64,000 bases of DNA, from contig JBDRZU010000001.1 of the NCBI GenBank assembly GCA_039804105.1, positions 448,001 to 512,000 on the forward strand. The letters run 5' to 3'. Position numbers and translations under genes: made by a program. How positions within the stretch are numbered: position 1 is the stretch's first letter; each line of letters opens with the position of its first letter. Positions 30,001 through 41,304 of the stretch are shown in pieces. The stretch comes from a candidate division WOR-3 bacterium (lineage in GTDB: Bacteria > Hydrothermota > 32-111). The notes beneath the pieces are model-generated. The model worked only from the letters and a program-made list of their open reading frames with translations. It did not search any database and was not told where the DNA came from.

Positions 30001-33000
30001 TACTTTCTCCTGATAAATAAAGTGATAAAATAATTTTTCTTTTTTCCTTTTTATTATCTTTATTCAACGAATTTTCCTTATTTAATAATCGAGAAGGAAT
30101 TGTGTTTTTCAAAACTTGTAATACTTTCAATGGATTATTGATTTCTTTTCCAAGTTTTTCTAAATTTTTTAATACATTTTTAATTGTTTTTTTTGGTAAA
30201 CTACCTTTATCGAGAGTGAGAATAACTTCTTTTAAATAATCCTCTTGTTCTTCTGTAAGTTGCCTATTATTTTTTTGAGTAGCTTTTAAAATTTTTATCA
30301 ATTTTTCTGAATTATCACTACCACTTTTTCTTTCCACTACTTCTTCTAAAGTTGATTTTATAAAAGATTCATCGTTTTTCATCAACATTTCATAAAAGTT
30401 TTCAAGTGGTATTTTTTTTCTTTTTTCTTCAGGTGAACTTTCAAGAATTTTTGCAGCACTCGTAAAATCAAGTTCAGTAGTTTTATTTTTGTCTGAGAAG
30501 AAAAATTTCATCAAATTTCCTTTTTTGAAAAATGTGATCAATGAATCGGGGCTTTCCAAATAAATTTTTGAAGATCGTGCTTGTATTGGAAGTTCTTTTA
30601 TTCTCTCAAAAATTTCTGGTTTTTCATCCCTTATATTTTCAATAATCCTAAAATATTTTAATTCACTTTCATCTTCTTCATCCTCTTTTTCAAAAATTTC
30701 TTGAGAAAGGAGTTTATCAAACAATTCATGTGAGGTAACGGTTTCACTTTCAGTTAGAATTGCTGAATCTCCCCCAAGTAATGTTAAAAACGCTTCAATC
30801 TTTGAACGAGCAATATTTGTTAATTCAATTTCAGTATCAGCCTGTTTGGTAGGGAAAAAATTAAAAATATAAATTTTATCAAATTTCGTATCTATACGAT
30901 TCACTCTACCAACTCTTTGAATAAGTTTTGTTGGATTCCAAGGAATATCATAGTTGATAACAACATTTGAACGATGTAAATTGACACCTTCTGAAAGAAC
31001 CTCTGTTGAAACAAGTATTCTGTAATCATCTTTTTGGTCTTTTGCTCTTGCATCAAAATTTTCAATCACTTTAAATCTTATATTTTCTTTTGATTGACCA
31101 TGAAACAATAATGCTGTTTCACCAAATTCATTGTTGATTTTTTCAGTTAAATATTCGGCTGTTTCTTTTGATTCAGTAAAAATTATTAATTTGTTTTTTT
31201 TCAATAGAGGTTCATTTTTTATTTGTTTTAAAAAGGTATCAATTTTGGGATCTCTGTTTATACCAGCCCACATCTGTTTAATTTCCTGAAGAATTTTTAG
31301 ATCATTTTCAAGTTTTTTTAGAAAACCATCTTTAAAATCTTCAGATTTATATCTTTCTGCCTTACCTTCATCTATTAACTTTTGAATTTGTTCATCATCC
31401 CCCTCTTCAAAAAGTTCCATTATTTTATTGCTATATTTTTTACTAACATAAACATATCCATTTTTAAATGATTTTATAAATAATTCATAAGAATTTATGA
31501 ATCTATCAATACTCTTTTTAAAAGCAAAGAAACTACTTTCAAGCCTTTTTACAAGTAAAATTTTCATAAAATTCCCCATATTGATCTGGGATTGTTGCTC
31601 AATCGAAGGAAGGGATTCTTTCAAATCAAGTAAAGGTTGATAACGAGTATAGTTCAACCTTTTTGTAATCAGTTCAACAGTATTCATAAATATTTTATCT
31701 TCTTCATCATTTAATTGATAAAACACTGGTCTTGGCTTTTCAACTGTTGGAAATTTTACATTGTTTTTTAATAAATCATCTGCAAAATATTTCTCGATTT
31801 CAATTCTTGTTCTTCTCACCATTATATATTTTAAAACTTTTTCTCTGATTTCTTTAGAAACCTCTTTAACCTTTTTTAAATATAATTCATTGTTTTTATT
31901 TCTTAGTTTTTTCAATTCATTTTCCTTTTTTCTGAAGAAAGATTCAAGATTTGGAAGACCTGGGATATTACTTTTTCTCGCTGGCTGAAAAAGTTTTATT
32001 AAACTCAATAAATCTTCAGGAGAATTATTAAATGGGGTTGCTGAAACTAAAATAACTTTTTTCCCACTACAAATTTCTGAAAGTTTTTCATATCCTTGTG
32101 TTATTTCATTTCTGAATTTATGTGCTTCATCAATAATTACATTTTCATATTTTCTTTGTTCTGTCTGATAGATACCATCATAAAGATCACCAGATGAAAC
32201 AAAAGTAGCATTTATATTAAAATCTAAAAATACATTTCTCCATGAACCAGGATTATTTTTATTAAGTAAACTGGGGGGTGCTATTACAAGGATTCTACCT
32301 TGGAGTTTTTTAGCAAGCATTGCAGCCATGTAAGTTTTACCAAGACCAACAACATCTGAAAGAAAACAGCCTCCATATTCATCCAATATTTTTTTTGCAT
32401 TTAAAACTGCCTGTTTTTGATAATCAAATTCTTTAAAATCATCTGGTAGATATTCGTTTTCAGTCTCTTCTACCTGACTTAATTCATTTTTAAAATATTC
32501 ATATAAAAATTTCAAGAAAAGTTCATAGGGAGTAATCGTTTCATTAAGCCACGTTTTTTCGGTTATTATTTCAACAAATCTTTCAGTTACATCAACAGAA
32601 TCTTTCCATAATTCTTCAAATTTTTTCTTTGCAAACTCATAATCTGCACTATTTTTTAATTCTACATTGAATTCAAGGTTATCCATAAGTCCTGATTTGG
32701 TAAAATTACTTGAACCTGTAATAACTCTTCCAATATCTCTATCACCCTCTTTAAAAGTAATAATATACAACTTTGAATGAATATTTTTGGAAGGATACAC
32801 TCTTATTTCAAGTTTTCCATTTTTTAACCAATCAACAAATTTTTTTATGCCCAACTCAATTTCTTTTTCCTGTTTTGAATTTGAAATTTCTGTTTTTGTT
32901 AATTTTTCAACTTCTTCAATAGTTTCATAATGTGACAACTCTTTATTTTTTTCAAATAAATCTTGTTCATCAAGATTTTCAATCAATTCATAAGTTTTTT

Positions 33001-33196
33001 CATCAGTTGCGATTCCAATAAGAATTCTAATTTTCTCAGTTTTTTCAAGTGAATCATAAATCGTATGAAAACCACTTATTCTAAAATAACCAACAAGACA
33101 ATCAAAATACTTACTATCTCTAATTAAAGTTTTAAATCTCTCTGTTAAAGTCTGTCCATTTTCGTTAATTATAAAAGTTAAATCGTTTTTACTCAT
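29993..33196 (-). CDS. PLD-nuclease / SNF2-type helicase fusion (restriction partner)
   Basis: IHSKLY...GSSNFT...EFN PLD domain; [30 protein letters not shown]; overlaps the MTase start. Confidence 0.9.
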
Positions 33197-33413
33197 GTTG
33201 TATACTCCTTTAGGCTATTATTTCTAAAAAAATTTTAACAATAAATAATACATCGGGAAACTCAAAAATTCTTCTCCTCCACTATTTCTTTATCAAAAAC
33301 CCTCATTTTGCAAAATATTTAAAATTTTATCAATTATTTTACCTAAAAAATTTTTAAATTTCAACAAAAAAGTGAATCTTAATGATAGGGGAAGATTTTG
33401 GGATAAAATTAAA

Positions 33414-33503
33414 CGGAGAGGCCGGGATTTGAACCCGGGGTAGCGGTATTCCCACTACAACGGATTAGCAATCCGCCGCCTTCGACCACTCGGCCACCTC
33501 TCC
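33414..33503 (-). tRNA. tRNA-Ser (GCT), long variable arm, CCA not encoded
   Basis: Reverse complement GGAGAGGTGGCCGAGTGGTCGAAGGCG...TTGCTAA...GGTTCAAATCCCGGCCTCTCCG. Confidence 0.96.
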
Positions 33504-33543
33504 GTAAAAAAATTTAGTATATAAAGAATCAAACTTTTGTCAA

Positions 33544-34941
33544 TCAAAAATATAATTCAAACTCAAAAGGATGTGGTCTTTTCTCCATTTCAAGTGCTTC
33601 TTTCTCTTTGTATTCAATATAGCCGTTTATGAGATCCTCTGTGAATACACCACCTGCAAGTAGATAATCGTGATCTTTTTTGAGTTCTTCAAGTGCTTCA
33701 AGAAGGTTTGTCGGGCATGAGTCAATTTTTTCGACAATCTTTTTATCCATCTTTTCAAGATCCTCTTCATAAGGACCAAAATTGTTATCTTTGAGTGAAA
33801 TCTTGTTTTTAATTCCATCGATTCCTGCCATGAGCATTGCTGCTGTTGCAAGGTATGAGTTACATGTTCCATCTGGTGGTCTGAATTCAATCCTTTTTTC
33901 ACTTTCACTCGTTGCATATTTTGGAATCCTTATCGCTGCTGATCTGTTTGCAAGTGAGTAGAAAAGTTTTACAGGTGCTTCAAATCCTTTAACGAGTCGT
34001 TTGTATGAGTTGGTTGATGGATTTGTGAACGCAAGAAGTGATTTACCATGTTTCAAAAGTCCTGCAACATAATACTCTCCGATTTCAGAAAGTCCACCAT
34101 AACCGTTACCGAAGAAAAGATTTTTGTTTCCGTTGAAAAGATGTTGATGGAAGTGCATTCCGTTTCCTGGCATTCCATAAAGTGGTTTTGGCATAAATGT
34201 TGCCGAAAGGTTGTTCTGATAACAAACATTCTTTATGAAATATTTGATTATCTGAATATTATCACCTGTTGCAAGAAGTGGATACCTCTTGATTTCAATC
34301 TCGTTCTGTGCTGAACCAACCTCATGGTGATGGTATATCAAATCTATTCCATAATCGATTATCACTTTTGATATTTTACTTCTAATATCTGTAAACTTAT
34401 CTTTTGGAGGAATCGAATGGTAACCTGCTTTTTTCATCAAAAATTCACCACTCTCATTGATATAAGAATCATCAAATCCAAACTTGCCTTCATAAGATTC
34501 AATTTTATATTCAGCGAGATTTTCTTTGTTGTTAACAACAACTCTATCAAAAATATAGAATTCAAACTCAGGTCCAAAAAGAACATCTGTTGCAATCTTC
34601 TCTTTTTTAAGATATTCCTGCGCTTTCAAAGCAACAGTTCTTGGATCCCTTGAATAGTCCTTTCTTGTATCTGCTTCTTTTATAAAACAGAAATATGATA
34701 TAGTTGGTTCTTCAAAAAATGGATCCTCAAAACCTGTTTCCTCATCGATCATCAAAACCATATCTCCACCTTCAACACTCTTAAAACCTGGGCAGCTTGA
34801 TGAATCAAAACCAACTCCATTCTCTTTTATTTCATTGTAATTTTTTGCTGGAAGTGTTAAATGGTGGAAATTCCCAACAAGATCTGTAAATTTTAAATCT
34901 ATCCATTTAAAATCTTTATCCTTTATATCGACCTTTTTCAT
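33544..34941 (-). CDS. glnA: Glutamine synthetase type I
   Basis: GPEFEF; HHEVG; TFMPKP; GNGMHFH; NSYKRLV; NRSAAIRIP; RIEFRPPD. Confidence 0.96.
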   Translation of the reverse strand: MKKVDIKDKDFKWIDLKFTDLVGNFHHLTLPAKNYNEIKENGVGFDSSSCPGFKSVEGGDMVLMIDEETGFEDPFFEEPTISYFCFIKEADTRKDYSRDPRTVALKAQEYLKKEKIATDVLFGPEFEFYIFDRVVVNNKENLAEYKIESYEGKFGFDDSYINESGEFLMKKAGYHSIPPKDKFTDIRSKISKVIIDYGIDLIYHHHEVGSAQNEIEIKRYPLLATGDNIQIIKYFIKNVCYQNNLSATFMPKPLYGMPGNGMHFHQHLFNGNKNLFFGNGYGGLSEIGEYYVAGLLKHGKSLLAFTNPSTNSYKRLVKGFEAPVKLFYSLANRSAAIRIPKYATSESEKRIEFRPPDGTCNSYLATAAMLMAGIDGIKNKISLKDNNFGPYEEDLEKMDKKIVEKIDSCPTNLLEALEELKKDHDYLLAGGVFTEDLINGYIEYKEKEALEMEKRPHPFEFELYF

Positions 34942-34993
34942 CTGTCCTCCTTTTGTAAACCTTATATTATATATAAGAAAATTTTTAATTCAA

Positions 34994-36370
34994 TTATTTT
35001 TTGTCAGGTGAAATTAAACTTTCAAGTCGTCCTTTTATAGCCTGATGTAGATATTGTAAAACATATTTTGTGGGTTTTCCTCTTTTTTCTCTAACAAGTG
35101 TTAAAGGAATCTCTGCTGTTAATCTCAAAAAACCTGTTAAAGCGAATAGCACCTGTTCACCCGATAAATTTAAATGAAAAATTGCTAATGGTTTTGGAAT
35201 CAAAATACTTGAAACCATCATCGAAAACATCATAGCAAGTCCTGAGATTGTTCCCTGTATCGCTGTGTAAATTTGTCTTTTCTTATCGGGTGCTATAGAT
35301 AAAACAAAATTTGTTGCAACTATGTTCGCTCCTGACCACATCATTCCTGATGTGAACGCTTCAAAATAGATTATCCACTTTGTTTGTTCTGTTGCAAAAA
35401 CCCAAATCAAAGGGTTTAAAGCACCAAGGATCAGAGCGAATCTCATCGCTGTTCTGTTTCCAAATCTATCGATAAAAACTCCCCACGGTCTTAAAAAATA
35501 TAAGGCGGAAATAGTGCTTATAGTTCCATAGATCTGAACCTCAAAAAGGGACATTTTTAAATTTTTTAGCATAAACGGCTGCCAGAAAGGAGCGCCAACT
35601 CCAACAGCAAGCATCCACCAAACATTATAAACGAGAAACCTTAAAAAATTTTTATCTTTAAAAGGTGAAGTCAAAAACTCCTTTATACTCTCCTTTTCAA
35701 TCTCCTTTTCCTTTTCGGGCTGGTTGTTTAAAATTTTTACCCCGATTATTCCCATAACTGTTGCAACAAAGAAGATGAAAAGAAAAACATAGGAAACATT
35801 GTGCTCTTTGAAAATAGAAAAATTTTTCAAAAATTTTGCATCGTTTTTGGTTAAAAAGTCAAAGAGGATTGAAAATATATATCCAGTAAGAAGTCCAACA
35901 ACCATCAAAATCTGAGATCTTCGTGAGAAAAATCTTCCCCTGATGTCTATTGGAATCATATCTGAAATCCAGGCGATCCACATATTAGCACTTATCGTCT
36001 GTAAAATGTTGCTTATCAAAAATAGAGTTAAAAAGATGTATATCGCATCCTGTTTCCAAAAAATAAAAGGAATAAAACCAAAAAGAATTGTAAGAAATCT
36101 TCCCCAGAAAGCAAAATCAACAACAAGTTTTTTTCTCGTTTTCAACTCTTTTGTTAAGATAACACCAACGATCTGGAAAATCTGTGAAATTTGACCTATA
36201 GAAGAGTATAAACCAAAATGCAAAGGTGTAGCGTTTAAAAACACCAAAAACTTTGTAATGAAAACACTTCCCGGTGAAGCGAGAGTTGAAAAAATCTGAG
36301 CAAAACTTCCATCAAGATAGGAAATTTTTACAGTCTTTTTTATAACAGGATCCTTCAAATATTTTTCCAT
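34994..36370 (-). CDS. MFS transporter
   Basis: About 12 TM segments; WISDMIP..RGRFFSRR; IDRFGNR. Confidence 0.85.
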   Translation of the reverse strand: MEKYLKDPVIKKTVKISYLDGSFAQIFSTLASPGSVFITKFLVFLNATPLHFGLYSSIGQISQIFQIVGVILTKELKTRKKLVVDFAFWGRFLTILFGFIPFIFWKQDAIYIFLTLFLISNILQTISANMWIAWISDMIPIDIRGRFFSRRSQILMVVGLLTGYIFSILFDFLTKNDAKFLKNFSIFKEHNVSYVFLFIFFVATVMGIIGVKILNNQPEKEKEIEKESIKEFLTSPFKDKNFLRFLVYNVWWMLAVGVGAPFWQPFMLKNLKMSLFEVQIYGTISTISALYFLRPWGVFIDRFGNRTAMRFALILGALNPLIWVFATEQTKWIIYFEAFTSGMMWSGANIVATNFVLSIAPDKKRQIYTAIQGTISGLAMMFSMMVSSILIPKPLAIFHLNLSGEQVLFALTGFLRLTAEIPLTLVREKRGKPTKYVLQYLHQAIKGRLESLISPDKK

Positions 36371-36454
36371 AAGTTATACAAAAATATATTCTTTTACAAA
36401 AATGTCAATAGAAAACATTTGACATTTTTTTTTAAGTGTGATATATAAATTACT

Positions 36455-36934
36455 ATGAATAGTATCATTATATATTTTTCTTACCACAGAGGTAATACGA
36501 GTAAAATCGCTCATGTTATTGGAAGAGAGTTGCATAGCGATATTGCTCGGTCAAAAGATTTTAATGTGAAAAATTTAAAGCAATATGATCTTATTGGCCT
36601 TGGGTCAGGGATCTATAACGGAAAACCACATAAATCGATTTTAGAACTTGTTGATAAACTTGATGAGAGTTGTAAAGATAAATACTTCTTCATTTTCTGC
36701 ACGAGCAGAAAAAATCAGGACTGTTATCTTGATGAACTTGAATTCAAATTGAAAAGTAAAGGTGTCAAATATTTAGGGAAATTTCAAACTTATGGAGAAT
36801 ATGATAGAGGAATCTTTAAATTTTTTGGTGGTTTGAACAGAGGAAGACCAAATATCGATGATTTCCATAATGCAGTCGAATTTGCAAAAAAAATAAAGGA
36901 GATGCTTCAAAATGAAAAACTGGAAAACAATTGA
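36455..36934 (+). CDS. Flavodoxin family protein
   Basis: YFSYHRGNTSKIA; YDLIGLGSGIY. Upstream TTGACA-17-TATATA at 36419-36447. Confidence 0.88.
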   Translation: MNSIIIYFSYHRGNTSKIAHVIGRELHSDIARSKDFNVKNLKQYDLIGLGSGIYNGKPHKSILELVDKLDESCKDKYFFIFCTSRKNQDCYLDELEFKLKSKGVKYLGKFQTYGEYDRGIFKFFGGLNRGRPNIDDFHNAVEFAKKIKEMLQNEKLENN

Positions 36935-37619
36935 TATTGTTTCTGGTCTTTTTATTTCCGTTTTACTCGTTTCAAACATCGTTTCAACAAAACTTGTTTC
37001 TTTCTATAAATTCACTTTCGATGGTGGAACATTTCTGTTTCCATTATCTTATATTTTTGGAGATATTCTAACAGAAGTTTACGGCTATTCATCAGCAAGA
37101 AGGGTTATCTGGATCGGTTTCATTTCAGCACTTCTGATGAGTATAAACATTTATGTAGTCGGCAAAGTGCCTCCATCACCTGAATGGCAATTTCAGGACT
37201 ATTATGACATCATTCTTGGGATCACACCAAGGATAGTTCTTGCGAGTTTGATTGGATACCTTGTTGGGAACTTTTCAAACTCATTTATTCTTGCAAAGTT
37301 GAAAGTTTTAACAAATGGAAAATTTTTATTTGTAAGAACAATCTCTTCAACTATCGTTGGTGAGTTTCTTGATACAAATTTCTTTGTTTTAATAGCGTTT
37401 TATGGACTTTACAGGGGAAGGGTTCTTCTTGCGATAGCAATATCTAACTATATCTTCAAAACACTTGTTGAAGTATTTTTTACACCTCTAACCTATATAA
37501 TAGTAAATCACCTGAAAAAGGTTGAGGGTATTGACTGGTTTGATCGAAAAACCAACTTCAATCCGTTTCTGTTCAGAAGTACCAATCTACCTTCCGATGG
37601 AGAAATATCTAAAACCTAA
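36912..37619 (+). CDS. Queuosine precursor transporter (YhhQ/VUT family)
   Basis: FPLSYIFGDILTEVYG; RTISSTIVGEFLDT; FNPF. Confidence 0.92.
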   Translation: MKNWKTIDIVSGLFISVLLVSNIVSTKLVSFYKFTFDGGTFLFPLSYIFGDILTEVYGYSSARRVIWIGFISALLMSINIYVVGKVPPSPEWQFQDYYDIILGITPRIVLASLIGYLVGNFSNSFILAKLKVLTNGKFLFVRTISSTIVGEFLDTNFFVLIAFYGLYRGRVLLAIAISNYIFKTLVEVFFTPLTYIIVNHLKKVEGIDWFDRKTNFNPFLFRSTNLPSDGEISKT

Positions 37620-38876
37620 AGATTTCATTATCCCAGGATCATAAACATTTCTTCCATCAAAGAAAAGATCTCCATTCATAAGTGCTTTTATCTTTTTCAT
37701 ATCAGCATTTTTAAAAATATCCCACTCAGTCACAAGAATAGTTATATCAACACCTTCAACACAATCATAAATGTCTTTTGAATATACAACTTTGTTCTTT
37801 AATACCTTTTTCACATTTTCAACAGCAACTGGATCAAAGACCTTAATTTTCGCTTTTTGTTTTAAAAGAAGATTGATAAGTTTCAAAGATGGTGCTTCTC
37901 TGATATCATCTGTATTAGGTTTGAACGAAAGTCCCAAAATTGCTACTTTTTTATTCGAAAGATTTGTGTGTTTTTTGATCTTTTCAACGAATCTTTTAAC
38001 TCTGTTGTCATTAACCTTTTTGACTTCTTTTAAAATTCCAAAATCATATCCCAAACTTTTTGCTGTATAAATCAAAGAACCAATATCTTTTGGAAAACAT
38101 GATCCACCATAACCGATCCCTGCATTCAAAAACTCTCTCCCGATTCTTTTATCAAGACCCATCCCTTCTGCAATTTCAGTTACATCGGATCCTGTTATTT
38201 CTGCTAAATCTGCGATCGAGTTGATGAAGGAAATTTTCATTCCCAAAAATGAGTTTGAAGCATATTTTATAAGTTCTGCACTTTTCAATTTTGTTATCTT
38301 AATCACACTGTTCATCTCCTGATAGAGTTCAACAACCTTCATCGCTGCCTCAACCGACTCACTTCCAATTATGATTCTATCAGGATGCAATGTATCGTAT
38401 ATCGCCTGCCCTTCTCTTAAAAATTCGGGATTTGAAACAATATCAAATTTATAATCCTTTTTCAAATTTTTTCTTATAATCTTACCAACAAGATCTCCAG
38501 TTCCAACAGGCACAGTTGATTTGTTAACAATTATCTTGTATCCATTCATATATTTCCCGATATCCTCAGCAACCTTTTTCACACTTGAAAGATCTGTCTG
38601 CCAGTTCTTTTTGGGCATCGTATCAACTGCGATAAAAATGATATCAGATTTTTCAACTGCATCTTTGATTGAAGTGGTATACTCCAATCTTCCTTCTTTA
38701 TAACTTTTGTTAGCCATCTCTTCAAGTCCAGGTTCATAGATGGGCATTATTCCATTTTTCAATTTGTTTATCTTCTCTTCATTTTTATCCATACATATAA
38801 CATTGTGTCCAAGATGTGCAAATACAACACCCGTTACAAGTCCAACATAACCTGTTCCAATAACTGATATTTTCAT
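37587..38876 (-). CDS. ugd: UDP-glucose 6-dehydrogenase
   Basis: GTGYVG; KSTVPVGT; NPEFLREG; GYGGSCFPKD; FKPNTDDIRE. Confidence 0.95.
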   Translation of the reverse strand: MKISVIGTGYVGLVTGVVFAHLGHNVICMDKNEEKINKLKNGIMPIYEPGLEEMANKSYKEGRLEYTTSIKDAVEKSDIIFIAVDTMPKKNWQTDLSSVKKVAEDIGKYMNGYKIIVNKSTVPVGTGDLVGKIIRKNLKKDYKFDIVSNPEFLREGQAIYDTLHPDRIIIGSESVEAAMKVVELYQEMNSVIKITKLKSAELIKYASNSFLGMKISFINSIADLAEITGSDVTEIAEGMGLDKRIGREFLNAGIGYGGSCFPKDIGSLIYTAKSLGYDFGILKEVKKVNDNRVKRFVEKIKKHTNLSNKKVAILGLSFKPNTDDIREAPSLKLINLLLKQKAKIKVFDPVAVENVKKVLKNKVVYSKDIYDCVEGVDITILVTEWDIFKNADMKKIKALMNGDLFFDGRNVYDPGIMKSLGFRYFSIGR

Positions 38877-38884
38877 AACACTCC

Positions 38885-39355
38885 TTATTTAAAAATTATA
38901 TCCCAATTGTATGGGATTTTATCAGTATTATAAGGTAATCTTAACTCATCAGGATTCTCTCTGTTGTAAGGTTCACTTATAGTCGAAACAACGATACTTT
39001 CAAACTCTCCTATATTTTTCCATCCATGGTAAACACCTTGGGGAATCACAACAAGTTTTGGAGAAAAATCACCTATGAAAATTTCCATCAACTCTTTGTA
39101 TGTTTTTGAACTTTCTCTCATATCGTAAAGAACAAGTTTGATCATACCTTTTACACAGCATACAAAGTCGATCTGTTTTTTATGGCAATGCCATGCTTTC
39201 ACAACACCCGGATAATTTGTGGTCATATAAACCTGTCCAAATTTTGTGAAGAATGGGTCATCTACCCTTAAAATCTCCATAACCCTTCCCCTTTCATCAC
39301 AGTTGTATTTCAAATCTTTTATGTGAACTCCATCTATCATAATTCCTCCTATCAT
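38885..39355 (-). CDS. dTDP-4-dehydrorhamnose 3,5-epimerase family cupin
   Basis: DERG; GVVKAWHCH; IPQGVYHG. Confidence 0.88.
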   Translation of the reverse strand: MIGGIMIDGVHIKDLKYNCDERGRVMEILRVDDPFFTKFGQVYMTTNYPGVVKAWHCHKKQIDFVCCVKGMIKLVLYDMRESSKTYKELMEIFIGDFSPKLVVIPQGVYHGWKNIGEFESIVVSTISEPYNRENPDELRLPYNTDKIPYNWDIIFK

Positions 39356-41304
39356 TCTTTTGAAATATTGTTCGCAATTTTATAAAGATGGAAATTTATT
39401 CTTTCAAAATCATTCAAAATATCAAGATGAAGTGTTGATGTTTCAATAGATTCTTTCTGCCCTTCCTTTAATCTGTTCAGATGTTTATTCTGGAGTTCAG
39501 AAAGTTTATTCAAAACATACTCCCTTCTCTGTAAAACCTGTGATGCTAAATTCTTATCATATAGAGTGAACGCTTCAAGTGTAAGGGAGTATGTCTTTAA
39601 AACTTCGTTGTAAAATTCTTTTATCTCATCAATTCCTTCCTCTGAAAAGTAATAATTTTCATTTATCTTTTTCTTCAATGATATCATGAGATTTTTGCTT
39701 ATAACATCACCTATATGTTCAAGTTCATCAACAATGAAAAGGAAATCTTTCGTTTTTCTTGTTACAACTTCTGAAACTTCCTCTTCATATATTGAAACAA
39801 GAAATAGAGAAATTTCTCTCTCATAATTATCAACAACATTGTCAAGTTCAATCGTCCCTGTTAATTTGTTCGAATCGTTCGTTTTCAAAATATAAAAACT
39901 GTTTTCAAGCATCTTTCCAACAGTTTCAAACATCTTGATTATTTCCCTCTGTGCTTTCCCAAGTGCAACAGTTGGATTCTGAACGATATTCTCTTTCAAC
40001 ATTTTTTCACCATCTTTTGAAAGCCGTTCTATCTTCAAAAATTTTGAGAAATAGTTGATCAAAGGAAGCATAACTATAATTATCAAAGAAAACAAGATGT
40101 TGTAATACAGATGGAAGTTTGCTATATCTCGCCCACTTGTTAAAACATATCCTGTTATTTTTTCAAATTTGAACATTATCACAATAAAAAGTATTGATGT
40201 CACAATCCTTGAACTTATGTTAATGTAGTTTAAATATTTCGCTCTACTACCACCTTTTAAGGCAGCAAAAAAAGCGGTAAAGGATGTGCCAAGGTTTGCT
40301 GCACTAACCATTACAATTGCTGATCTAAAAGTTATTACCCCTGTTGTGAACAAACTTATTGCAAAAGCAACTGTAACCGCTGATGAATGAACAAGAAAAG
40401 TTAAAATTGAAAATACTATGAAAAGAAGCCAAAGATTGTTTTCGATTAATATTAAAAAATTTAAAAACATCTGGGTACTTTTTATCGGTGTAATAACATT
40501 TGCCATATATTGTATCGAAAAGAATATAAAACCAAAACCCATTATTATGAGTCCAACATACTTAAACTTTTTGTTTTTATCGTTTAGATAGAATCCAAAA
40601 ATTATCATCAAAAAAGAGAAGAAAGAAATGTTGAAAGAAATTATTTGAACGATTATTGAAGTCCCTATAGCAGAACCTGCAAACATATAAACTGAGCCTG
40701 CTATCGACAAAAGTCCATCAGAAACAAACGATAAAACCATTATCGAAAAGAGTGTTGACGATTGCATCATCAGAGTTAGAATCAGCCCTGAAAGAAAACC
40801 TTTTATATTTGAGCCTGACAGGTTCCAGAGTATCTCTTTCAATCTATAACCAGAAATCCTTGAAATACCTTTTGACGAGAATTTCAAACCGAGCATGAAC
40901 AGAACAAGTCCAAAAAGAAGTTTTAAAATCGTTTCAAAGATTGAAAAAGATTGTTCAACTTTAAAATAAAAATCAAGTTTTTTTTCTCTACTTTTATTTA
41001 AAATCTCAAGATGGTAATTACCTGTTTCCAATTTTGAAGGATTTATATCAACTCTAAAAATTTTCAAAGAATCAGGTAAGACAAGAATAGTATCAGATCC
41101 TTTTCCCCAAAGAACATAGTATGCTGAGTCCTCCTGTGAAACGAATTTGAACTGAAAATGTTTCAGGTTGTTTTTTACCACCTGTCCATTGTTTGAAATA
41201 TCGTTTCCCTCAGGATCCTTTAAAAAATCTATTTGCTTGTTTGATGAAAAAATCAAAAAGAAGGAAAAAAAGATTAAAAGAGTGATAAAAAACTTTTTAA
41301 ACAT
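39352..41304 (-). CDS. Na+/Pi cotransporter with PhoU domains and an N-terminal periplasmic extension
   Basis: MQSSTL and VHSSAV repeats; ANLGT; ELEHIGD; SIETSTLHLD. Confidence 0.9.
   Translation of the reverse strand: MFKKFFITLLIFFSFFLIFSSNKQIDFLKDPEGNDISNNGQVVKNNLKHFQFKFVSQEDSAYYVLWGKGSDTILVLPDSLKIFRVDINPSKLETGNYHLEILNKSREKKLDFYFKVEQSFSIFETILKLLFGLVLFMLGLKFSSKGISRISGYRLKEILWNLSGSNIKGFLSGLILTLMMQSSTLFSIMVLSFVSDGLLSIAGSVYMFAGSAIGTSIIVQIISFNISFFSFLMIIFGFYLNDKNKKFKYVGLIIMGFGFIFFSIQYMANVITPIKSTQMFLNFLILIENNLWLLFIVFSILTFLVHSSAVTVAFAISLFTTGVITFRSAIVMVSAANLGTSFTAFFAALKGGSRAKYLNYINISSRIVTSILFIVIMFKFEKITGYVLTSGRDIANFHLYYNILFSLIIIVMLPLINYFSKFLKIERLSKDGEKMLKENIVQNPTVALGKAQREIIKMFETVGKMLENSFYILKTNDSNKLTGTIELDNVVDNYEREISLFLVSIYEEEVSEVVTRKTKDFLFIVDELEHIGDVISKNLMISLKKKINENYYFSEEGIDEIKEFYNEVLKTYSLTLEAFTLYDKNLASQVLQRREYVLNKLSELQNKHLNRLKEGQKESIETSTLHLDILNDFERINFHLYKIANNISKE

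Noticed and set aside
32273..32278. G6 run in the helicase gene
   Set aside because: In frame, encodes the conserved APP motif, and is too short to suggest switching.
36395..36455. AAAAATGTCAA partial match to the repeat, and a possible preQ1 riboswitch before the queuosine transporter operon
   Set aside because: Explained by divergent TTGACA -35 boxes; no preQ1 stem-loop is recognisable.
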